DNA of 60,584 nt, filler included, from Sphacelaria rigidula (Eukaryota): assembly GCA_964200075.2 (NCBI GenBank). It is 7 parts of 7 records of this genome, joined end to end, with 100 filler letters (N's around TTAATTAATTAA, not from the genome) between each part and the next. Parts side by side here need not be neighbours in the genome. Positions count along the whole stretch, not along the records: positions 43,348 to 51,916 come from CAXNAA020010754.1; positions 52,017 to 60,584 come from CAXNAA020010755.1; 5 more parts are not named here. One strand, given 5' to 3'. Position 1 is the stretch's first letter. Every line of letters starts with the position of its first letter. Shown piece by piece: positions 50,356 through 60,584 of this stretch. The translations under genes and the position numbers were made by a program. The notes under the pieces were generated by a model. The model was not told the DNA's origin and did not search any database. It saw nothing but the letters and a program-made list of their open reading frames with translations.

Positions 50356-51637
50356 CTGTGCATTTAGAAACGTACAGTACATGCAAAGGTAGGGGCTAGA
50401 CATGAGATTTACCATGTACGCACACCACACGAAGGGGCCAAGTATGGGACGCAGACAAAATATACTTGAAGTTGGGTCGAATTCTTCTCACAGCTTGTTT
50501 CAGATACACAACAACGAGAGTCGGTGCAGTCCATTTCATCACGTGGTTCCTTGTTTGGCGTGCGCCCATTTGATGACCGTAACACTTCAAGCAACCCTCG
50601 CGGACACACCGACACCGACACCGACACCGAAAGACACCAAGTGCGTACGAGGGCGACGCGGCAGAGGTTGGTTGGGCTGTGCTGTCCCTGAATCGACCGC
50701 CCCTCACCATGACATGAAAACGTTCTACACCTGCCCGTGCGAGCTAAAAACGGCCGTCTCATTCTTAAAACTACAACATAACTGCAACCTTACAATCGGC
50801 CGAACACACCACCAGTGCCCAGTTTCCAACCGTGAATCGCATTCCAAAGCAATTGAGACATATATTCAGCTCGAACAAAGGGAGGGCAACAACACACGTG
50901 ACAGGGCGGGCTCCTTTACCACCACAAACATTCTGCATGTCCCCATCTTCGAGCAATATACGAAACGGACTCCTCTAGCTCAAAGTACCCACCAGATGGC
51001 ATATGAACACCAGGTCTCAGGAATCCCCACGCAGCTCGAACATTCGACGTTACGTTGTCTAGGGCAAAACCGTCTCGGCCGAATACGTCTCGCGCTCGCT
51101 GAAGCGCGCCGAGATCGGGTGTGGAGCGTGATCTCTTAGGCACATCCAAGTCCTGGAGGCACTGGCATGTCCGACTCCGCTTCATAACGTATTTTCTGCT
51201 GGAAATGTGTCCAAAAAGGGGTCGGGGGGTTAGGTGGTGATCCGGCTGCACATCCACGGTGGTGGTTCGTGGAAGCTGTTGTGAATCAGCTCGGATAACG
51301 AGATCTATTTCCGGGTTTATTGGAGGCGGTTTTTGCGGGGATCGGGGACGGTTCAGATTACCTCTTAGATCGGTATGAGCATGCGGGGGGATAGAGGACG
51401 ATCCAGATAACTCTAACCCTAAAGGAGCGCGTCTGCTTGTAAGTGTACACAGAGTGTAACATTTATCCTGCCCACCACTATAATATAGCTCGCTGTAAAT
51501 CCTAGGGATGGTTGGTTACTGAGAGGGTATTTGCAACATCTGTTTCTTTGGTGATATTTTCGTATTAATTGTGTCCAAACGAAACAATCTGAAGTTAATT
51601 AGATGTTCGCTCATCATCATGGTGTATTACGGGTGGA

Positions 51638-51679
<42 letters not shown>

Positions 51680-53580
51680 GGGGGGGGGGGGGGGGAGTGT
51701 ACGTCGTGCGAGTGCATGCCATATCAGCGGTTACCTTTTATTGCGACAATGATTTTCAACACGGACGGAACTTTGAATAAAATGTTAGTTCACGATGTAC
51801 TGAACTGAAGAACAGTCTTCTATCAACAGCCGATTTTCGAAAATAAATGGGGTTGAAAAACAAAATGAGGTTCAACTCAAAAGCCGTGCTTTCCCTGACC
51901 TAAAATCAAGACAAATNNNNNNNNNNNNNNNNNNNNNNNNNNNNNNNNNNNNNNNNNNNNTTAATTAATTAANNNNNNNNNNNNNNNNNNNNNNNNNNNN
52001 NNNNNNNNNNNNNNNNTTTTTTAGAGGTATCCTCAAATCCATAGCTTTTCAACAAGCCTATCGGTAGTATCGTGAGTGACTAGGTTGGCGAGATATGATT
52101 TGTACCCCATAAGGACCTTTACTTATGGCACAGAGGAAGTATAGTGTTGTGTGCGAAAGCACACTTTTGCCTCGATTTCGGGGTGAAAAAACCGGCGTTT
52201 TTTGGCCCAAAAATCCTGCTTTCGCACGTACCCTTTGGGGAAATGGAAGGCTAGGAATCCCCCGAAATAGTTTCAGGAAGGTCGGGAGGGATGGGGTGGT
52301 CCATATGAAAGTCATTTGTCATGAATTCAGGTCATCACGGAAAAGCTTTTGAGTCGAGCCTCATTTTTTTTTAACCTCATTTTCGAGAATCCACTGATAG
52401 CTGTATATTATATCGTCCGGGGTTCCATATAGACTTTAGTATAGACGCTGTCTCCGTGCGTTATAGGAATTACTAGAAATGAGATGTAATCAACGACAAA
52501 ATATTTTCCCACCCTTTTGAGCACATCAACACCTCCCCCAAGATGGGACGATTAGTACGCGATAATATATATGCAGATCACGGCCCAACTGGTCTGTGTC
52601 GAAGAGATATTGCTTTGAGAGCTTAAAAGCACGTCAAGGCCGCCGGCCCAGCTCTTACCCTCGCAGTTCAAGGGTTAGCGTCTAATACATCACATCCACC
52701 TCCCTTTGGAGTTCGTTCTCCGATTCAAGTCATTGTGAAGGTCCGAAGAGTTTGGCCTCAGGTATTGCGCAGTTTTGCCTTCCTCCATGCGTGTGGAGTG
52801 TCGCCCCTTTGTTCGCCAATGAACTGCTGCCCTATACTCCCTCGCAATACGAGTATGTAACATATTCTCGTATCGTTTGTTGGGTGCGGCGAAACGTTCA
52901 CAGATGAGGTACTGTACACACGTCGGCACAAAATAACAGGTGCCACTAATTTCCACAGCTAGCCAATGGAATATTTTCCCCTTCAACCACGAATCTAAAT
53001 ACAGGGGGAGAATATCTAGGAAAAAACGAAAAATTGAAGGCAGCTCCTGAGAAGTGAGATGATCGGACAAAGCCGGGATTTTCATATACAGACAGTACGA
53101 GACTGGCAATTGACTGGATGATACCACAATAAGCAAACCGTCACTCGGGTTACATCTGCACAGTCAAGCATAACGTTGGGGAGACAGCTAAGTTGAACGG
53201 CAGTAGCACTTAACCACGTCGAACAGCAGCCACCGCGCGTGTGGAGAGGAGTTTGGTGGAACGAGCTGACACCCACAACCGTCCCCGGACATCTCTTCGG
53301 TTGTGTCTGGAAACAGGTAGGAGAGAAGAGCACCACGACCTTTATCATTTCGTTTTTACTGCATATCTTTGTACAACACTTTCGTTCTGGACCGCAGCGG
53401 CAGTAACTCATCCAGTGGAGGGGAGCGGGGCGTGGATGAAAAACGAGCCAGGCGACTCCCAATCGCGGTGGAACAGCCCTATATACGCCAATTGTACGCA
53501 GTAGTAGAATAGGACGGAAACATCAACGTCCGCGGTGGTGTTGGTTGTGATTGTACATTCATTAGCCCGTTTGGGGTGTA

Positions 53581-53792
53581 ATGCGTGGGAGGACCGCGTG
53601 CTCAAGAGGGCGGGACCGCATCGCAGCTCGAAAAACCTCAGGATCGGCATTGTTCTTCAAAATCAATCGGGCCAGTCCCTGCAGGGACCACGCCCCAGAC
53701 CCTAACTCCAACACGAACACTAACCCTAGCCCTAAGCGTAGGTATGTTCAAATTTCGATCCGGTCTCCTAAGCACGCGGTCCTCTCACGCAA
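53581..53792 (-). mobile_element. TA-flanked MITE with degenerate internal telomeric array (copy 1)
   Basis: TA|ATGCGTGGGAGGACCGCGTGCT...AGCACGCGGTCCTCTCACGCAA|TA; six decayed CCCTAA units at 53700-53735. Confidence 0.8.
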
Positions 53793-54719
53793 TATACAGG
53801 GGGGTCTACTACAGTTGGGATCGAGATGGAGTCATTTGGTGCGGAGAGAACACCAAGAAGCATGATAAGAGAGGGAATCGACGACTTCGGGCGCGGGCAG
53901 CAGGTGAGTGTGGGATATACAGTGCTGTATCGATATGTACTGGTGTGGTGTGTGGTAGTAAAAGCAAGCAGCGGGAAGCAAACAGCATGTACATGTTGTT
54001 GAGGGGCGTTTCAGTTGATGGTTTCATTGAGCCCTTAACTTGGCATGTTGGCCACACGTAGCAGTGGATTGCGTCACACATCAGGTTGACGATGTCCATT
54101 TTCCGTTCCCATCACGTAGACCATGGTCAATGCGCCTACATGTACCGAAAGGTGTAGACGGGTGTCCAGAAAAGATGGGGTGGCGACGCACACAGCACAG
54201 AGTTGTAGAGCGTGCATGCCTGAAAGTGTTTGTGTCTTGAGACGTCGTGACCAGGTGGTTGAGTTGTGGGAGAGGAAGAAGCATGGTGTGTTTTTTGTGG
54301 GACGGGTGCGGAGCGGACCGGAGAGGGTTTATGCGAGAAGGTACGGCCAGTCTTGACTCGTGTAAAAGTGGGCGCTCGTTCCTCAGGCACTCTCGATCAT
54401 ACTATAAGTAATGTGGTCGTTTCTCTTCTCTGGAGATAAACGGAGAAAGCTATGGAAGCAGCTTATTAGAAACTATACGAACACGGCGGTGCAGGTGTTA
54501 ATCGGGGAAAATATGCACATGGAACTTGTTGACTGCTGCAGCCTACACTATACTGTACAACTCCTACATCACGCTTCTCCCCGACTCACGCTTTCCCTTG
54601 TTTTGTTAGGGAGGGCTGGGCAGAGGGCGTGATTGTGTGGGATGTCTCGCAGTTTTCCTGCCGCTAGTCGGCTTTTCCTTGCACATCCTTCGATAAGCAG
54701 TACAATATCGCGTAGCTTA

Positions 54720-55644
54720 GGCGGGTTATCTTCGCGAAGACGATCATCACTTGGGAAAAAACACTTGTCAAAAGTGATTGCCATTACAGCGACTAGTTTG
54801 AGTCCTTACGCCAAGCACCTTTTACCCGGGTCGAAGCCCAAATCTGCACACAGGTTCAAAACTACATGCAGTGCCGTTCTGGTAGCGATAAACAATGTTT
54901 TCGTGAGATTGAGGGTAGAGCGTTGATTGAAAGTGGATTTTATCATCGATTCGCTTTAATTTGACCAATTTTTTATTGCGTTGGTATTTTTCTTCGCCTG
55001 TATCATTGGCGTGTGCTTACACGTACACGTCGATATCCTACATAGGGATATCGAGGGAATCAGTGGCAAGCTAATACAGAAAGCATATCGAGCCTCGTGG
55101 GGGGGGCTTTTCGGAACTGAAACGATCCGTTCACTAATTGACAGCACCTTTCACTCCCAATTTGTATACTCTTCTCTTAATCTCGCGAAAACATTGTTAA
55201 TAATTGTGGTAATTAGGGCGTATATTCGGGCATGCATTCGCAAATTAAGTTGCTTCGAGCAACGTTTTCGTGAGATTGAGAGTTATCGAGGATACGATTG
55301 GGAGTGAGAGGCAGTCAATAATAATTATTGATGACTCGCTTCAGTGCACACGCCAATGATGCAGGCGAAGAAAAACACCAACGCGATAAAAAAATGGTCA
55401 AATTAAGGCGAATGATGAATGATAAACCCCACTTTCAATCAATGTTCTACCCTCAATCTCACGAAAAAATTGTTTATCGCTGCCCGAACGGCACTGCATT
55501 TAGTTCTGAGCCTGTGTGCAGATTTGGGCTTCGACCTGGGCAAAAGGTGCTTGGCGTGAGGACTCAAACTGGTCGCTGTAAGGGCAATCACTTTTGACAA
55601 GTGTTTTTCCCAAGTGATGATCGTCTTCGCGAAGATAACCCGCC
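54720..55644. mobile_element. About 925-bp foldback element with about 295-bp TIRs
   Basis: 54720-55016 is the reverse complement of 55346-55644; termini GGCGGG/CCCGCC flanked by (T)TA / TA(A). Confidence 0.9.
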
Positions 55645-56211
55645 TAACCCTATACCTATCGACGTGTAGGTATAAGCAAATCCCAGTGTGACAGGCAAAC
55701 GAAGGCACACAGGATGGAAAATTGATCAAGTTCAAGCCCGAGTGCTGAATCCTAATCTAATTCAACGGTCTACTCTCAACGTTGCGAAAAAAAATGTTTT
55801 CTATCGAAACAGTGCGGCGGGATAGAACTTTTTTCCGATCTGATGGATGGTCATTCCTCATGTCGACGTCATTATGTTAAACTGACGACCGGTCAGATCG
55901 TTTTTTTTTCATTTTCGCCGACACTTTTCAGAGAAATACTTCGCTCATAATATACACACATTTCCGCCGTCTTCAAGCAAATCAATTTCTCAACCGAAAA
56001 AGTGAGGTGTGCAGTGATTTAGATCTGATAGGTCAATGGCGTCCAGGAAAAAATCCCTGTACCCACACTCACATTTTTGAATTCGGGGCCGATTGGGGGA
56101 TGGGCGGGTGGGTGGGTATTGCCGTTCCTGTACAAAATCCTATATAATAACAACTCAATGACAAGATACTTGGCTTTAGACTAGAACCTAATCAGTGACT
56201 GTGTTAACGGG

Positions 56212-56321
56212 CACGGGTGGCCACTGGTGTGCCTACAACCTCAATTTTGGACGTTACAGACCTTGTGTAACATCTGCGACGTCCAAATTTGAGGTTGCAG
56301 GCACCCCAGTGGCCACCCGTG
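56212..56321. mobile_element. 110-bp hairpin MITE, CACGGG...CCCGTG, GGG on both flanks
   Basis: About 49-bp arms with 5 mismatches; it is absent from the equivalent site of the paralogous repeat near 35008. Confidence 0.82.
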
Positions 56322-57757
56322 GGGCATAAGAGTCACTTAATTAACCAGTTGCGGAGCTCAGAGCAAAGCAGAAGCAGCGATACAGCTAATAACCAGTAGT
56401 CTGCGCTGTGTAGGTGGACATAAACTGCCTAGTCCATTGCCTCATGTGCAATCTAATAATGAAACCTAGCAGACAATGGACGACGTTACCCAGGCCGAAG
56501 TGAGTCAGGTGACTGGAGCTCAGTACCCAAACACCCAAACCAAGTTGCAACGAAAATGCGGCGAGATTGAGCGAAACTGAAAAATTTGAAACCATCGAAA
56601 AAGCGGCGGGATTGCGCGATTTTCCGAGCCGCGCGCAGCCGCGCAAACATATTTTCACGTAATCATTGTCATGGGATCTGCCCTCACTTCTTCGAAGACG
56701 TTTGGATTCCGGAAAGCCGAGAACGGTTTCAAACAACTATATCAGAAGTGCGCGGCGTCGTGCTTTTGTCAAAAACGCGAGACCTTGTACTTGTAACCTA
56801 CTTGTGCACCTTGGCTTCGTTCACAACAAGTTCTTTCAAGTCGGCACGCGCAAATTTGCGCCGAGTTCGTTCTGCACCTCGAGCTCTGCAACGGACTCAA
56901 AAGTGTCCCACTCATATTTGTGCTCATCAAAACCATCGCAGTTTTCAACATTTCGTTTTGTTTGCCCTCCAACTTGTGCCCTTCGACCTTTTTAACCCTA
57001 TTGCCGCTATTGCCACCAATTTGCAGATAAATCGCGTAAACTAATCTCCAACACATCTCCAACACTGCCAACACTGCTCATCCAACCAAGTGTTTTCATG
57101 AAACACACAAAGAGCATACGTACACGGCTCGTGCGCATTGTTTCGACAGCGTCTTGCTGAGCAAATGACGCCCTAAAGCCTTAGAAATAAGTGTCTGGCT
57201 TGACAAAGTTTCAGGAAAAAGAAATGAAATCAGGATGTTGTGTTGGGGAGGGGGGGGGGGGGGGGGGGCAGCAGCTTTTTTTATGTAGGTTGAGGTTTTG
57301 CCAGTTATCCCCCTCTCCCCTCTGGACCAGGGCAAGCTTGTTGCCTCNNNNNNNNNNGGCGCGTGGCGTGAGGGCCGCGCACGTACTCATTTGTTGCTTG
57401 CCTTAGTCATTTGACCATTGACCACGCATCCCTTTCGAGACGGAGCAAAGTAGTTTGCTACGAGTCGGTGGCCTTAGTGCAAAATGCTTCAGTAGAAGGC
57501 AACACAATATAAACCTCACCCGCCGAGTCCCCGAGAACAACGCACAGACACCCACCACTCACACCCGTTTATACTCTGCTGGTAGCGCCCCTGGCCTTCC
57601 TCGCTAATCTACTCGACGTTCCAGCCAAGCTTAGACATCAATTTCAATAATATATAATAGTGAAAATAGCCAGACTGCTAGTATACGCAAGTAGTAGTGG
57701 GTTCACCCGTTGTTATTGTTGTTGTTATTGGTGGTGGTGGTGGTGGTGGTGGTTGTA

Positions 57758-57966
57758 ATGAGTGAGAGAACCGCGTGCTCAGAGGACCGCATCGGAATTT
57801 GAAGATTCCTGTGGTTAGGGTTAGGGTTAGGGTTAGGGTTAGGGTTAGGGTGGGGGTCAGGGGCGTGGTACCCCCAGGGACTGACCCGATCGATTTCGAA
57901 AAACGTCGATCCTGAGGTGTTTTGAACTACGGCGCGGTCCTCTAAGCACGCGGTCCTCTTACGCAT
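57758..57966 (+). mobile_element. TA-flanked MITE with perfect (TTAGGG)6 (copy 2)
   Basis: TA|ATGAGTGAGAGAACCGCGTGCTCAGAGGACCGC...GCGGTCCTCTAAGCACGCGGTCCTCTTACGCAT|TA; telomeric array at 57815-57850. Confidence 0.88.
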
Positions 57967-60131
57967 TACAAGCATGACACAACAGGCAACGTGACGGTTC
58001 AACGCTGATAGCTCCGAACGTCTTGTGTCTTGTGTCGCAAAGGTGAAGTTTCCCGTTGCCGGTTTGCTTTCAGGAGTGGAGAACACGAAAGTGATTTCTT
58101 CCACTCATGCCACGACCCTGAGCCCATGAGGCCCAGAAATAATTGCTCTCCAAACGCGCCATCACCGAAAGGTGCGGGGTATGCCATATGCAGCCCAGCC
58201 GCACAGCATGAATCGCTTTTTCTTCGTCAACGTCGTCTACATCATCCTCACTTGTCCCACGATGGTCGTGCTAATTGTTTGAATATTCTCTGCTGCTTCG
58301 TTTTTGCGGTATGCGAGTAAAAGGGTCAAGTGTGGTTGGTGTTGTGGGTGACGCCGGCAACTACTGCCACTTTTCGTCTCCTTGACTGCTGATGTTGAGA
58401 GGGACGGTGAATGTGGGGTGGAACGTAGTGGGCGTGTGCTTCCCGAGTGCAACAGCTAAACAATACAAGCACACAACAATATATCATCAGTGCAGTCGCT
58501 GGAGCAGCTACATTTCCGCCACACCGACCACTCGCAGGCTTGTAAATATGTAGTCAAGTTAGAATTCATTTCATATTAGCGAGATCGTCATTCGGAGATT
58601 GATAGGATTGGCTCGACACCTTCTGACGGGTGGGTCGTGGGTTCAAATCTCGGAGTGATCTGGGATTTTTCCTCACACCATGCCCAACAGTTATGGGGGT
58701 GAATGGGGCCCGATTTTGGGCACTATATATCTGTAAAAAGGATCGACCACTATCCACTGCAGAAAAAATGACCCGTAATCGAGCCAATCCTATCAATCAC
58801 AGAAGGTGTCGAGGCTACCAACTGAGCTACCGGGGCGATCGGAGTGAATGTCCATACCAAATTTCACTGTCCAACTCGAAGTAAAAAATTACGTAATCGC
58901 TTTCTAAAAATCGGGCCGGTGGAATTTCGGAACAACATTTTGCAGGTCGTTACCGGCCCACGTTTGGAGTTTGTGTTTTGAAACTTTGTGCGGGACCTCG
59001 CTAGGTCATGATGAACCAAGAAAAATAGATCAGGTTGGTTTTGATATTTTTTTTCGCTGGTTTAGGGCGTTTTAGTATAGTGACGGGCATTTTTTTTACG
59101 AGAACGCCCGAACCTCTGCCCCCCCCAAAAAAAAATTAAGGCTCATTGTTTTAAATTCAGCATACCTCTATCGTTCTCCATGCTAAGTTTCAAATCACAA
59201 TTCTAGAAATTGAGCAAAAAAATTGAGATAAGGCCCAAGAGCAACATTCATTTCTCCTCGAAACTCCCCTAAAAACACAAAAAAAAAATTGAGAGAAAAA
59301 AAGGGCAGCTGACCACGCTGCCAACGCCTTGCTTCACGACGAACAACTGGCGCGAATTCGCTCTCAACGATCGGCGATTCAACGGGCGCGTAGGCACCAA
59401 GAAGCGGCGCGGAAGACTTTGGACGAACGCCGTCTTGAAGCTCGCACGCTCCAGACTCTCCTCCGCCAAGACGGACACCGTCTCCGTGAGTATACAGAAG
59501 CCACGGTTGCGGAAGAGCGGCGCTTACGGTCTATGGAATCAGAGCAGACCGTCTTCCTCTTATCAGGATGCCGCCTTCTCCGCCGCCAACTGGATCCACT
59601 CGACACTACCGTACTCCCCGCAACGCGCCCCGGCCAACCTACGCCGCGGCAATCTCTCCATCATCCATGCCTCCTTCGACGGCCACAAAACCTGCGACCG
59701 CTACTTCTTCAACACCCCTGCCCGTCGGCGCCGCTCCTGTCGCTGACGATCGCTGGCATCTTATGCCTCACGAGCGGCTATGGTTACCGCTAACAATCAG
59801 CGACATGTCTGAGATTTATAACCCCCGGAACATACTCCGCTGTTCGCGTGACGCATGGGCCTCTTTGGCAATGTCCATCAACAGCGTCGGGGTTACCTTC
59901 CTACGTCATGGTAGGACCCTGCCGGGTAATGACCCCAGTCGGGTCTCTGACAACAAGTCGACTGAAACACGAGAGATAAAGCATGACGGTGTGCACTTCT
60001 GCTTCACGCGCCATTGACGCAGACACCTTCGAAGCGCCCTTCGTCTTGTGACGGTTTAAGAGAAAACCAACTAGACTACTGACAAGTCAGGGCTGACTGG
60101 TCAGTAGTCTAGTTGGTTTTCTCTTGAACCG

Positions 60132-60360
60132 CTGATTGGTCAGTAGTCTAGTTGGTTGTTTCGTAAATCGTCACAAAAGTTTGTCGTTGGTTCGATTCCC
60201 GTCGGACGCACTTTCTTTGAAGAAAAAAGAGGAGAGAAAAACACTGTAAAAAATCGGCCCCAAGAATAGTAAACCTCAGTCAAAAATCGACCCAAAGAGA
60301 AAAGGGTGGGGTATAGCCTGGTGCGCACAGCTCCTGCAGCACAGGAAGAATGTTTAGCGT
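60132..60360 (+). mobile_element. tRNA-derived SINE (family SINE3); opposite-strand copy at about 60490-60560
   Basis: A-box TAGTCTAGTTGG and B-box GGTTCGATTCC (60189-60199); no complete cloverleaf. The 3' end is approximate. Confidence 0.65.
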
Positions 60361-60584
60361 TGACTGCTACGGACCCTAGTGCACACACTCTTGGAATGAG
60401 AGGGGACAACGAGTAACCCTAGGGTACGGTGAGAGGGACAACATTAGAGGTTCCGATTGCAGTCGATAGAGCGCTGACAAGGGGAGTCGCCCTCCTCGGA
60501 GTGAAAGGGACGGAAATTGAACCCCCACGACTAACTTTTGTGACGGTTTAAGAAACAAGTCGCATGAGGGGTGAGCTGCATCCT

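Noticed and set aside
53398..53903. Exon-like region interrupted by the telomeric MITE
   Set aside because: After removing the MITE every frame still contains stops and no family is recognisable.
54633..55735. Pair of similar ORFs on opposite strands (KHLSKVIA...)
   Set aside because: A consequence of the long inverted repeat, with no sign of coding function.
57815..57850. True chromosome end
   Set aside because: Only six units, internal, and enclosed by the TIRs of a MITE.

Overview
This is not one locus. The window is seven unrelated short scaffolds (1-8570, 8671-17240, 17341-25909, 26010-34578, 34679-43247, 43348-51916, 52017-60584; lengths 8570, 8570, 8569, 8569, 8569, 8569, 8568 bp). 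They are sorted by size and joined by artificial 100-bp linkers (N44-TTAATTAATTAA-N44). The DNA is repeat-rich, intron-rich and eukaryotic, most likely from a brown alga (inferred from the element types, GT-AG exon structure and TTAGGG repeats). Recognisable host genes are the first exon of DPH5 (diphthine synthase) and, head-to-head with it, the first two exons of an SGT1-like TPR gene. Two low-complexity spliced genes of unknown function are also present. The rest is a transposon graveyard: a decayed Ty1/copia element with its 3' LTR, an RTE-clade LINE and several LINE 3' stubs, three tRNA-derived SINE families, a deleted hAT element and many MITEs (TTAA/piggyBac-like, TA/Tc1-like, CAC..GTG foldbacks). 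I see no convincing novel multi-gene system. The most unusual structures are a TA-flanked MITE carrying a six-unit telomeric array, a near-perfect hairpin built from SINE promoter heads, and two SINE copies interrupted at the same position. Most ORFs in the six-frame track are spurious.
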